Below are positions 1 to 12,529 of a stretch of 64,000 nt of DNA, in pieces. Numbering within the stretch: position 1 is the first letter of the stretch; every line of letters starts with the position of its first letter. A model generated the notes under the pieces. That model searched no databases. It saw nothing but the letters and a program-made list of their open reading frames with translations, and was not told where the DNA came from. This DNA is from Mobula hypostoma. Taxonomy: Eukaryota. A program made the position numbers and the translations under genes. Location: contig NC_086100.1 in the NCBI RefSeq assembly GCF_963921235.1, positions 200,820,001-200,884,000 on the forward strand. The letters run 5' to 3'.

Positions 1-592
1 TTGTGAAGGTAGAGGGTAAAATGAATGCAGCAAAATACAGGGAAATCCTGGAGGAAAACCTGATGCAGCCTGCAAAGGATATGCGACTTGGTAGAAGATC
101 TGTTTTCCGGCAAGACAATGACCCCAAGCATAAAGGCAAAGCTACACAGGAATGAACAACAAGGTTAATGACCTGCAGTAGGCAGGTCAGAGTCCAGACT
201 TCAATCCAATTGAGAATTTGTGGCTTGGCACAAAGGACTGTTCACTCACAATCCCCATGCAATCTGACAGGGTTTGAGCAGCGTTGTAAAGAAGAATGGG
301 GAAAAATTGCAGTGCTCAGATGTGCAAAGCTGATAGAGACCTATCCACACAGACTCAAGGCTGTAATTGCTGCCAAAGGTGCATCTACTAAATACTGATT
401 TATGCAATCAATAATTTTGTGTTCTATATTTGTAATTAATTTAGATCACTTTGTAGAGATCTGTTTTCACTTTGACGCTTTTTCTGTTGATCAGTGTCAA
501 AAAAGCTGGATGAAATCCACTGTGATTCAATATTGTAAAACAGTAAAATATGAAAACTTCCAAGGCAGGGTGACTACTCTTTATTGGCGTTG
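1..592 (+). mobile_element. Tc1/mariner DNA transposon, 3' part (decayed transposase and right TIR)
   Basis: Translation KVEGKMNAAKYREILEENL...FRQDNDPKH...LNPIENLW-like...LIETYPHRLKAVIAAKGASTKY* is a typical Tc1 DDE C-terminus. Ends in a Tc1-like terminus (...ttggcgttg) followed by TA. Confidence 0.9.
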
Positions 593-599
593 TACCTGG

Positions 600-770
600 G
601 GTGTGTGCTGTATGGGACCGGAGCACATAACGGCTATTATACAGGTTCTCAGGCCGGCTACCCAGAAGCAGGTGAAGGCCCCTTTGGACATGACGAACTA
701 TTGCAGACATTGGGTCCCTGAATATCGGCTCTATGATGCTGCCCTGCAAATCGCCATAACTCAAGCAGCC
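600..770 (+). mobile_element. ERV pol fragment (RT thumb region)
   Basis: HITAIIQVLRPATQKQVKAPLDMTNYCRHWVPEY resembles class I retroviral P.TKKQV..FLG..NYCRQW.P.Y. Confidence 0.75.
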
Positions 771-2190
771 TGGAAGATTGCAAATGTCACGCCACTCTTT
801 AAGAAGGGAGGAAGGCAAAAGAAAAGAAATTATAGATCAGTTAGCCTAACCTCAGTGGTTGGGAATGTGTGGGAGAATGAGGTTTCAAAGTACTTGGAGA
901 CTAATGATAAAGTAAGTCAAAGTCAGCATGGTTTCTGTGAAGGGAAATCTTGCCTGACAAATCTGTTAAAATTCTTCAAGGAAGCAACAAGCAGAGTGGA
1001 CAAAGGAGAGACAGTAGCTGACATTTACTTGGATTTCAGAAGGTGTTTGATAAGGTGCCATACAAGAGGCTGCTTAACAAGATTAAATCTTATGGTGTTA
1101 CAGGAAAGGTACTGGTGTCGATAGAGGGATGGCTGACAGGCAGGAGGCAGTGAGTGGGAATAAAGAGGGCCTTTTCTGTTTGGCTGCCAGTGACTAGTTG
1201 TGTTCCTCAGGGGTCAGTATTGGGGTCTCTACTTTTCACATTGTTTGTCAATGATTTGGATAATGGAATTAATGGCTTTGTGGCAAAGTTTGTGGATCAT
1301 ACAAAGATAGGTGAAGGGGTAGGTCGTGCTGAGGATTGCAGCAAAACTTAGACAAATTGGAAGATTTGGGCAAATAGTGTTGGGAAATGAATGATAATGC
1401 ATTTTGGTAAAATGAACAATAGTGTGGACTATTATCTAAGTGGGCAGAAGGTTCAAACATCAGAGATGCAGAGGGGCTTGGGAGTCCTCATGCAAGACTC
1501 CCAGAAGGTTAATTTACAGGTTGAGTCTGTGGTAAAGAAGACAAATACAATATTGGCATTTATTTCAAGGGGAATAGAATGTATAAGCAAGGAGATCATG
1601 CTGAGCCTTTATAAGACACTAGTCAGGCTGTACTTGGAGTATTGTCAAGAGTTTTGTGCACCACATCTCAGAAAGGATGTGTTGTGATTAGAGAGTGTCC
1701 AGAGGAGGTTCACAGGGATGATTCCAGGAATGAAGGGGTTAACATGAGGAGCATTTGGTAGCTTTGGGCCTGTACTCACTGGAATTTAGGAGAATGTGTG
1801 GGGATCTCATTGAAACCTACCAAATGTTGAAAGGACCAGATAGGGTGGATGTGCAGAGGATATTTCCTACGGTGGGAGTAACCAGAACGAAAGGGCACAG
1901 CCTTAAAATTGAGGGGGCGACCCATTAGAACAGAGGTACAAAGGAATATTTTTAGCCATGGAGTAGTAAATCTGTGGAATGCTCTGCCACAGACTGTGAT
2001 GGAGCCAAGTTCATTCATATATTTAAGGTGGATGTTGATCATTTCCTGATTGGTCAGGGCATCAAAGGACATGGCAAGACGGCAGGTGTATGGGGTTGAA
2101 TGGGATCTGAGATCAGCCATGATGGAATGGCGGAGCAGACTCGATGGGCTGAATGGCATAATTCTATTCCTATGTCTTATAGTCTTATGA
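771..2190 (+). mobile_element. CR1 LINE, 5'-truncated ORF2 RT and 3' tail
   Basis: WKIANVTPLFKKG, QHGF..GKSCLTNL, VPQGSVLG motifs with frameshifts; ends in gggctgaatggc...tcttat tail. Confidence 0.92.
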
Positions 2191-2679
2191 TAATCTCAGT
2201 TATGGATACTTGGAACTTAATTGGAAAAACACAGGATGTCAACAAGGTCACAAAACTTTAGGTACAAAAAACTCTTTTAACCATATACACAAAATTTTCT
2301 TCCACAATTCTCTCCTTTTTGATTGTAAAACTAACTCTACAGATTGGTATCTGCAAAATGGGGTAGCGATCACATTTTAAAACATTCTTATTCATCATGA
2401 CTGTCCTCTTCCTCACTGTTTTCCATATTTGTGGACCTCACATAAAGATGACCGCCTCTTTTCCCTTTGACTGGGAAGGGGTAGATGTCAGAGGAATAAA
2501 CAGTTGCAAGATACAATGAATAACTGCTGCCAAGCAAATCAGGACAATTAATCAATAAAAGGGGGACATGACGGTCTGTATGTGCACAGGACCAGAGTCT
2601 AAGGGAAATTGGTTAGGTTTTCCTCCCATGCGCTACTTCGTTTGCACCCTTGACACAGTGGGACGATCAATCTGAGAAC

Positions 2680-2882
2680 ATGAACTACAGGATGTACTGG
2701 GCTCCCTTGGTGGGGCGCGACAGCTAATGAAACTACAGAGGGATTCTCGATCATGAATCAGGAAATGCAACATCTCCGAGTAGTCGCTTTGCAGAACAGG
2801 ATGGCCCTGGACTATGCCTTAGCAAAAGAAGGCGAGGTTTGTGCAGTAGTTGGGAAAGGATGATGGAATTATATACCAGATG
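2680..2882 (+). mobile_element. ERV env transmembrane fragment with immunosuppressive domain
   Basis: NQEMQHLRVVALQNRMALDYALAKEGEVCAVVGKG*WNYIP matches LQNRxxLDxLxAxxGGxC(x6)CC, with the CC decayed. Confidence 0.85.
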
Positions 2883-3034
2883 GGCCTTCACCTACACTTC
2901 TCTTGGCAACAGTAATGTTGGAGCTATTACCCAGGGTTCAAACTTCGAAACAATAAGGAGAGCACGGTTTTGTAAAACTGCTAGTGGTATTTCCCCATAA
3001 CTACAGAGCTAATCAAAGCAAGATACTCTACAGA

Positions 3035-3460
3035 CTTCTCCGTGGATTGTCACCTTGTCGCAATGGAGAGGCTTGTGTGGTCCTGAGATCCCGAGAGCAA
3101 TGCTGTCTGGAGCTATGCTCCTGGTAGGGTCACCCATGGCGGTAAGGTTGAGGGTGAGGTCCCTGACAAAGAACAATCCAACCAAGACCTCAACGGTGGA
3201 ACAGGCAGACGAAGTTACTTCAAACCCAACGGCTGTGAAGGCGGATGAAGGCTGCAACAAATCCATCAGCTCCAATCGTCGTGGTTTCTATGCCATTGGA
3301 ATCAGTGGGTTGATTTATGAAGTATCGTGTGCTTCTTGGAGTGCAACATCAAGTACATGTTAAACAAATACACACACAGGCATCTTTGCTCTGTGGGCCA
3401 CTTCTTCAGAACAAAGACCATCATCTTCGACCTCGAGGGATAGCCACGACGACGACGACG
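3035..3460 (+). mobile_element. Short non-autonomous RTE (Rex3/Expander-like) element
   Basis: 5' end resembles the Expander/Rex3 5' UTR (caccttgtcg...cctggtagggtcacccatggc); (GAC)n 3' tail; 7-bp TSD CTACAGA at 3028-3034 and 3461-3467. Confidence 0.7.
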
Positions 3461-3600
3461 CTACAGAATTCAAACAAGTCTGATCCGAACTATTAATAGA
3501 AATATTACAAGATTGAAATCCAACTAATGGACACACTCTACTTCCTTTTACACCCAGGGTTGTACTGCTAAACACAGCCCCAATCTGCTGATAAAACTCG

Positions 3601-4400
3601 CAGGTGACATGACATTGATGGACTTTATGTCTAGTGGTGATGAGACAGCCTACAGAGGAGAGGTTGACACCCTGACACAGTTATGCCAGGATGACAACCT
3701 CTGGCAACCAGGATGGCATAACTATGTCAGGGTGTCTACCTCTCCCTCAGTGTCCAAAAACCAAAAGAGCTGATAGTAGATTACTGGAGGAACGGAGACA
3801 GCCTCGGCTCGATCAGCATCAATGGGTCTGTAGTTGAGAGGGTGAGTAGCTTCAAGTTCCTCAGTATACTCAGATGATAGTTCCTCAGATGATCTCACCT
3901 GGACTGTACACACCGACTTTGTTGCAAAAAAGCACAACAGCATCTCTTCCACCTCAGGCGATTAAAGAGGTTTGGCATGGGCCGCCAAATCCTCAGGACC
4001 TTCTACAGGGGCACCACTGAGAGCATCCTGACTGGCTGTACTGCTGCCTGCTACGGAGACTGCACCAACCTTGATCGCTGGTCATTGCGGACAGCCCAGC
4101 ACATTGGTGAATGTGAACTTCCCTCCACTGAGGACATTTACAGCAGCAGGTGCAGAAAGAAGGCCTGGAAGATCGGGACACTAGTCACCCCCACCATAAA
4201 CTGTTTCAGCTGCTTCAGTCTGGCAAACGCTGCCGCAGCATTAAATCCAGGACCAGCAGTCTACGGGACAGCTTCCTCGTACAAACCAATAGGCTTATAA
4301 CCTCACATGGCTGTACAATGCAACGGAGTCATAATGCAAAGATGTTTTACTCCCTCACGTTGTGGGATGGATGTAAGATTTAAGTAAATTCATGATTCTA
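3601..4400 (+). mobile_element. Rex1/Babar LINE, 3' part
   Basis: KTKELIVD, FKFL, QILRTFYRGTTESILTGC, HPHHKLFQLLQSGKR, SLRDSF motifs. Confidence 0.85.
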
Positions 4401-4419
4401 ATGGTAGTTTCCTTGCCAC

Positions 4420-5370
4420 AGGTAGCGGTTACGTGCTATTGGCAGTGTGAGGAACGAGGAATAGCCATACAAACGTAACAGTTGGTTAGGTTGGCGTGAT
4501 AGGCGGTATAATAAGCGAATTGCCACCACGTATTCTGTAACTGCGGGTCGGTTGTCGTTCTTTCACATGTTCAAAGTTCTTGCGTTGGTGGGACAAAACA
4601 CAAAGTCACATTCTGTCAATGTGCCCAACGGGCCGCCTACCAGATAACTTCTGCGATTTCACCACATCAGCTTGCAATGTTTCCTTGTTACTCACTGTCA
4701 GTGCTTCTCGACCCTCTTCCTCAGCCGGCTTTGCAGGACGCAATCCCGGTACCGCCGTTTCCCTGCTGCTTTCAACACCATCCTCGTGGTCAGAAGTTGC
4801 TACAGACCTCCTGGTTTGAAGGGGTGAAAATTGCTTTTCCCTGGCCTGGGCAATGCTTGCACAACCTGGGCAAGGTTGGCCTGTACAGCTGTACAGAAGC
4901 TTGGCCATTTTCATCCGTCCAGATAAGGGCAGCCTGTGCAGGGTCATCGGTTGTGGTGCTCCTGTTCGATCAGGCTGACCCATTAGTACTTCAAAAGCGG
5001 TTAGTCTTGTGGTTCGGTTTACCTGATTTAGCAGCGTGTACAATACTATGGGTACGCCTCAGGCCACTTTAATCCTGTGCAAGTGTGCAAAAATTAGAAG
5101 TACTTAAAAGTATCTCGTTCATATATTCCACCAATCCAGGTGACTGGGGTTGCAGATGCCAATTAATTCCCAACGTCTGGCAATGCGCGTTAGTGTTTTG
5201 AGCTGTGAAGTGAGATCCCCCGTCACAGTGGGGACTCTGAACCTTGGGACTGTATCTCTGATGAGACACTTTACTACAGTGAGAGCTCATCCTTCTTTGC
5301 AGCAAATGCTACGATCCATTTGGAAAACATTTCTAGAATCACCAACATGTGCTTGTATTCATTTTGTACA
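4420..5370 (-). mobile_element. Decayed ERV integrase fragment
   Basis: DGGSHFTAQ...CQTLGINWHLQPQSPGLVEYMNEIL (integrase D..E core) and NRTTRLTAFEVLMGQP. Confidence 0.7.
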
Positions 5371-5380
5371 GGATGTATAC

Positions 5381-5560
5381 ATAGAAACATGGAAAACCTA
5401 CAGCACAGTACAGGCTGTTCAGCCCACAAAGCTGTGCCGAACATGTCCCTACCTTAGAAATTACCTAGGGTTACCCATAGCCCTCTATTTTTCTAAGCTC
5501 CATGTACCTGTTCTGGAGTCTCTGAAAAGACCCTATCGTATCCGCCTCCACCACCATGTT
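5381..5560 (-). mobile_element. CR1 3' end fragment
   Basis: atagaaacatggaaaacctacagcacagtacaggc tail, shared with other CR1 copies in the window. Confidence 0.75.
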
Positions 5561-5915
5561 GATTGTCAGCGAGGAGGATGTGTTACACCAATCCACACAG
5601 ATTGTGGTCTTGCGGTTAGGAAGTCGAGGATCCAATTGCAGAGGGAGGTAGAGAGGCCCAGGTTCTGCAACTTTTCAATCAGGACTGTGGGAATGATGGT
5701 ATTAAATGCTGAGCTATAGTCGATTAACAGCATCCTAATGTAGGCACTTGTGTTGTCCAGGTGGTCTAAAGCCGTGTGGAGGACCATTGAGATTGCGTCT
5801 ACCGTTGACCTATTGTGGCGATAGGCAAATTGCAATGGGTCTAGGTCCTTACTGAGGCAGGAGTGCAGTCTAGTCATAACCAATCTCTCCAAGCATTTCA
5901 TCACTGTCGATGTGA
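5561..5915 (-). mobile_element. Rex1/Babar RT fragment
   Basis: MKCLERLV...[18 protein letters not shown]...[16 protein letters not shown]...CNWILDFLT. Confidence 0.9.
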
Positions 5916-8754
5916 GGGCTACCAGGCGAATTCTGCAGCTGTTATCAATGTACCACCTCCTCGTACCGAACTGAAATGCCTCCCATTTCGGGAAAGGTTG
6001 ATTTTTGTAGTCATTGTATTCCTGAGTATCGAATGAGGAAGGCTCCTATTCTTTAAAGTTTCTCTAATGGAGGATGCCACCGAATTGTACAAGGGGTGAA
6101 TTGAAGAGTTGGAGAGGCGGCTTGATAGCCTAATATCCCAAAACACGCAGCCTCAGGCTAAGGTGGATGACGTAGAAGCTCGGTCTCGCCGTCAAAACAT
6201 TCGCATTATCGGGGTTCAAGAGAAAGCCGAAAACAATAAGCCGATGGTATTTGTAGCCACGTTGCTTCCGAAGTTGCTGCGGGAAGAACATTTCCACCAG
6301 CCGATTGAAGGGGACCGTGCCCACCTGCTGAAAATGGCAGGCCAAGAGCTATTATGCGAGGCTACACCACTACCAGGTTAAAGAGCTGGTGCTACGGCTG
6401 TCCAGGCAGAGAGCTCCGCTGTTGTATGACGAGCGTCCGGTGTTCATTTACCCAGATTTAACCTCGGCTACCATGAGGAAACGTCAGGATCTTCAGCACA
6501 TTAAGGAGAAATGCAAAGCCAGGAAAATTAGGTGTGGATTCCGGTATCCGGCGAGGTTTGTGGCTACAGTTAACAATTCCACCAGTACATTCAGCACTTC
6601 AGCCGTAGCGGAGGAGATCCTGAGCCGAGAAGGTAAAGATTGGCATTCGGACACCGTATAAACCTAAAAACGGATTAACACTGGGCTACTGGATTCGTCG
6701 TTGATCGATAGTGGCTTCATCTAGAGACTGTTTGTTACGTTCAGCGCATGAGGAACTGAAAAATAAGGTCACACTAAGATGTGGGTGAGGACTGATTGTT
6801 ATTGTTTATCTTTCTATTTCATAGTGTATTTGTGAAGAGGTGTTTCTCCGGTGTTTAGTGAGTAATGGGTAGTTATCTCGCTATTCCAGGCCACGTGTGG
6901 GCTCTTGGATGTAGCTTTGACTCTAGGTTAGGGGTATGGAAGTAGTACTCCTGGTGTGTTTTTATTTTTGGGAGGGTTTTTTGTGTTTCTCAAGGGGTTG
7001 TTACAGCACATCTATTTCTTTGAGTTACAGTTTGTGTTACGCCACGACCATACGGCATATTTTTTGTTAAGCAGCAGACATGACAACTAATCTGCATTGT
7101 TGAGACTAAACTTGTCAGTTGGAATGTACGGGGGATGAATAGTCCACTGAAGAGAGGGAAGGTGTATGCACATCTTCGTACACTCAAAGCTGATATTTGT
7201 TTTCTCCAAGAAACGCGCATTAAGAAAAGAGCAGCGAAAGTGCTTTGTCCCTCCCGGGCATCTCAGGTCTACCAGTCGAAATTTAGTACTAAAACTAGAG
7301 GTGTTGCAATCCTAATAAAAAAAACATACTGTTTATTCACACACAAACTATCGCTGACCAGAGGGGCCGATATGTAATAGTAAATTGACACTAGTGAATG
7401 TGTATGGGCCCAACTTTGATGATCCAATTTTTTTCAGAACCTCTTTAAGGCCATGCCTAATCTGCCTGGCTCTAACATAATTGTAGGTGGAGACTTTAAT
7501 TGCATCTTAAATTTCCTCCTAGATAGACAACGTCCCCAAGTTTGTTCACTTAAAAATAGTGTAACACTTAATAATCTCATGCAATCGTATAACATAATGG
7601 ATATTTGGAGGCTTCTTAATCCCACGAAGAAGGATTTTTCATATTTCTCCGCAGTACATAAATCCTACTCTAGGATTGATTATTTTCTGTTAGGTTCGAA
7701 ATTGGTTTCGTCAGTAGTTGGTTTCACTTACCATAATATACTTATATCGGATCATACTCCTGACTCTGTCAAATTGAACCACAAAAGAGGTGAATATAGT
7801 TGGCGTTTAAATAATGCTTTCCTAAAGGATAAGGATTTTTGTTCTTATCTTTCAGATGAGATCGATCTATACTTAAGCACCAATGATGTGGGCACAGATA
7901 CACTCAAACGAATCTATTTAAAAACTGTTTGTTCTAAGCAGAGTGTAGTATCTACTCTTTGGGAGGCCATGAAGGTGGTTATTAGTGGTTGCATAATAGC
8001 ATAGGAGAGAACAGAAAAAGGAAGATTCAAGAAAAGATTAACTGAAATAGATGATCAGTTGGCAAATCCGGAAGCTTCTTACAAAATAAACCAGGAAGCA
8101 GAATTACTTAATAAGATAACTTACTAATTAATGCAGTAATCTTATTAACTCTATAATGTCCAAGAGTGTTTCAAAACTACTGACACATGTCAGACAGAGG
8201 TATTTTCAGCTTGGTGAAAAGCCCCATAAGTTATTACCCCGTCAGTTAAGACGGATGCAGGCCTCCAGGGCCATACATCGTATAAAGGCGAAAGATGGCT
8301 TTTTATTGACGGACCCGGAAAAAATTAATATGTATTTTACGGAGTTCTGTGCTAATGTTTACTAATCGCAAGACGGTCCGGAGGTTGAAGCTATGGAAGC
8401 ATTTTTTGGTAATCTGAATCTGCCCACGCTGTCAACAGATTCAGTAAATACACTTGATGCTGATATAAGCCTAGATGACATAAGGCAGTGGGTCCGTATA
8501 GTTTTAGCATGGAATTCTTCAAAGTATTTGGTCCAAGATTGTCGCCTCTGCTCTTACGAATGTTGAATCACTCTAGGTTAGCTTCCAGATTGCCATCCAC
8601 TTTATGTAAAGCCAATGTCTCCCTGATTCCAAAACCAGGCCGTGATCCCGAGGTGGTTTCATCATATCGCCCCATTTTGCTGCTGCCCATTGAAACCAAA
8701 ATTCTTGGGAAAGTCCTGGCCAATAGGTTAAAAGAACACATTTGTTCTATTATT

Positions 8755-9970
8755 ATAGATAGAATAGTACAGCACAGTACAGGCCCTTTGGCCCACAATA
8801 TTGTGCCGACCCTCAAACCCTGCCTCCCATATAAGCCCCCACCTTAGATTCCTCCATATACCTGTCTAGTAGTCTCTTAAATTTCACTAGTGTATCTGCC
8901 TCCACCACTGACTCAGGCAGTGCATTCCACGCACCAAACACTCTCTGAGTAAAAAACCTTCCTCTAATATCCCCATTGAATTTCCCACCCCTTACCTTAA
9001 AGCCATGTCCCCTTGTACTGAGCAGTGGTGCCCTGGGGAAGAGGCGCTGGCTATCCACTCTATCTTTTCCTCTTATTATCTTGTACACCTCTCTCATGTC
9101 TCCTCTCATCTTCCTTCTCTCCAAAGAGTAAAGCCCTAGCTCCCTTAATCTCTGATCATAATGCATACTCTCTAAACCAGGCAGCATCGTGGTAGATCTC
9201 CTCTGTACCCTTTCCAATGCTTCCACATCCTTCCTATAGCGAGGCGACCAGAACTGGACGCAGTACTCCAAGTGTGGCCTAACCAGAGTTTTATAGAGCT
9301 GCATCATTACATCGCGACTCTTAAACTCTATCCCTCGAGTTATGAAAGCTAACACCCCATAAGCTTTCTTAACTACCCTATCCACCTGTGAGGCAACTTT
9401 CAGGGATCTGTGGACATGTACCCTGAGATCCCTCTGCCCCTCCACACTACCAAGTATCCTGCCATTTACTTTGTACTCTGCCTTGGAGTTTGTCCTTCCA
9501 AAGTGTACCACCTCACACTTCTCCGGGTTGAACTCCATCTGCCACTTCTCAGCCCACTTCTGCATCCTATCAATGTCTCTCTGAAATCTTCGACAATCCT
9601 CTACATTATCTACGACACCACCCACATTTGTGTCATCTGCAAACTTGCCAACCCACACTTCTACCCCCACATCCAGGTCGTTAATAAAAATCACGAGAAG
9701 TAGAGGTCCCAGAACCGATCCTTGTGGGACACCACTAGTCACAATCCTCCAATCTGAATGTACTCCCTCCACCACCACCCTCTGCCTTCTGCAGGCAAGC
9801 CAATTCTGAATCCACCTGGCCAAACTTCCCTGGATCCCATGCCTTCTGACTTTCTGAATAAGCCTACCATGTGGAACCTTGTCAAATGCCTTACTAAAAT
9901 CCATATAGATCACATTCACTGCACTACCCTCATCTATATGCCTGGTCACCTCCTCAAAGAACTCTATCAA
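8755..9970 (-). mobile_element. CR1 LINE, 5'-truncated, inserted in L1 ORF2
   Basis: 389-aa ORF with DFSKAFDKVPH, GVPQGSVLGP, KFADD. L1 reading (…KEHICSII / IHPDQT) resumes on both sides. Confidence 0.95.
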
Positions 9971-11348
9971 TGATAACTGCAAACAAAAACGGAGAAAGGA
10001 GAAAGTTATTCATCCAGATCAAACTGACTTTATGCCAGGTAGACATATGTATTTTAATTTGCGTCGTCTTTTCAATATTTTATATACAAAACATGCAGAA
10101 GAGGCTGTAGTCATTTCATTAGATGTGCAACGTGCGTTTGACTAAGTGGAATGGCCATACATGATGTTTGCATTTAAGAAATTTGGATTTGGACCATCTT
10201 TCATTCAATGGATTGAGATAATTTATTCACACCCAACTGCTTCTATTATCACTAATCAGAATATTTCCTCCCATTTTGCAATTCATCGTGGGACTGGTCA
10301 AGGCTGCCCCCTTCTCCGTTTTTGTCTGCAGTTATCACTGAGCCACTGGCTGTCAGCACCAGACAGGCCCCTTTGATATCTCCCATTGATATGCATGGAC
10401 ATGAACATCACCTTTCGTTATACGCTGACGATGTCCTTTTATATATCTCCAGCCCACAAACATCAATACCCGCCCTTCTGACTCTAATTAATAATTTTGG
10501 TAGTTTCTCAGTTTTCTCTATTAATTGGGATAAGAATGAACTAATGCCAGTCACTGCAGTGCTTAATACAGCGTATTTACAGTCCATTTCCTTTAAGATA
10601 ATTTATGATAATTTTCCTATCTTGGTGTGACTATTACAAAAAACTCAGATGACCTTTTGCAAGTGAATTGGCGAAACAAAGTTGAGCAGGTTAAACGCAA
10701 TATTGACTTTTGGAAAACCCTTCCAATTTCTTTGGTGGGGAGGGTTAACGCAATCAAGATGATTGTACTGCCACGATTTCTTCATTGTTTCCAGTCAATT
10801 CCATGTTTTATTCCTTTGTCATATTTTAAGCAATTGGATTCAATTATTATACCCTTCATTTGGAATTATAAAGCAATTAGAATTACTAAAAAACACTTGT
10901 CAAAGCCCAAGGAAGCAGGTGGTTTTGCCCTACCAGACGTTAAAATGTATTACTGGGCTGCCCACCTATCCACCCTTGCATGGTGGGAAAAAGGCCCACC
11001 CTCTACCTCAGACTCGTGCCCAGCATGGTTACTCATAGAGCGAGTGCTTTGTAAGAAGACTTCCTTACCAGCTCTCCTTAATAGCCCCACTGCAGTTAAT
11101 CAGTCACATTTTAGTAACAGCTTCGTGGTTGGCAGCACTATAAGAATGTGGAAGCAGATTCAATTACACCTTAAGGCTCCAAAAATTTTGACACTCCAAT
11201 TTGTGACAACCATTCCTTTTTGCCTGGCCTGAATGATACTGTTTATTCCACCTGGAAACAGAGAGGCATCTGTAGTGTAGGTGACCTATATATTAATGGA
11301 AACTTTGTCTCATTTGCACAGTTACAAGCAGTTTACAATATTCCTGCA

Positions 11349-11570
11349 AACACAAGGAATTCTGCAGATGTTGGAAATTCAAGCAACACACATCAAAGTT
11401 GCTGGTGAACGCAGCAGGTCAGGCAGCATCTCTAGGAAGAGGTACAGTCGACGTTTCAGGCCGAGACCCTTCGTCCTGATGAAGGGTCTCGGCCTGAAGC
11501 GTCGACTGTACCTCTTCCTAGAGATGCTGCCTGACCTGCTGCGTTCACCAGCAACTTTGATGTGTGTTGC
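11349..11570. mobile_element. Penelope-like terminal sequence forming a ~95-bp-arm inverted repeat, containing a hammerhead motif
   Basis: 15-bp TSD TACAATATTCCTGCA (11334-11348, 11571-11585); arms about 11382-11475 and 11478-11571; CTGATGA-AGG...CCT-GAAG-CGTC core. Confidence 0.8.
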
Positions 11571-12529
11571 TACAATATTCCTGCATCTAGTTTTTTTAGA
11601 TATTTACACATTTGAGATTATGTTAAGAAATATATACCTAACTTTGAAGTTTTAGACCAACATTAGTCCCTGGAGGCAATAAATAAATTTGATCCTGTTA
11701 CTCATAGTGCCATATCCTATTTTTATCAGCTCCTACATAATGGAGCTCGGGTGAATACTGCAGGTTTTAAACAGGCATGGGTGGATGAATTGGGTATAGA
11801 GCTGACAGAGGAGGTCTGGGATGAGTGTTTAAAGAGTATACATGATCGTTCGGTCAACGTCAGACACAGACTTATACAGTTTAAAACAATACATAGACTC
11901 CATTATTCCAAAGAAAAGTTGCACAGTTTCTACCCTGATGTTTCACCAGTTTGTAATAGATGTAAATATGTAAACAGTAACTTGTCACATTCATTCTGGT
12001 CATGTTGTAAGCTTTAGGCACACTGGAAAAGTATTTTTCACTGTTTCTCTGAGGCTTTTGGGAAGTGGTGGGAACCAGACCCGCTCACAGCCATCCTTGG
12101 AGCAACAAAGCTCCCTATCTTCAGCCAGTAAGTATGAAAAAATGGCTGTATTGTTTGGCATGGTGATTGCTAAGAAGTTAATCGTGCAAATGTGGAAAAT
12201 GCACTCTGTGCCTACATATGATCTGTGGCTGAGAGAACTGGCAAATACCTTATATTTGGAGAGACTGAGACTATGTAATGAGGATAGAGGGGGCATCTTT
12301 GAAAGGATATGGGGCCCCTGTATTAGTTTTCTTACAGGGTGAGGACTGAGGTTTTCTGGTGCTGTACACCTCTGCTGTGTATGTTTACTTTTGCCTTTAT
12401 ATTTTTCTCCCTTCTGCTGCTCAATATTTAATTTGATTTTGTTAAGGTCGTGGTTTTTGTGGATGTGCTGTTTTTTTGTTTTATTTGTTTCTTTGTTTGT
12501 AATAAAAAAAAAGACTATTAAAAAAAACC

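Larger units (their letters stand above)
6100..12528 (+). mobile_element. L1 LINE (ORF1 C-terminal part, disrupted ORF2, polyA), interrupted by CR1 and Penelope-type insertions
   Basis: ORF1 EARSRRQNIRIIGVQE and FIYPDL; ORF2 endonuclease LVSWNVRG, FLQET, GGDFN, SRIDY, SDH; RT GQGCPL, LYADD; C-terminal CxxC..H..W.C; A-rich tail at 12500-12528. Confidence 0.93.
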
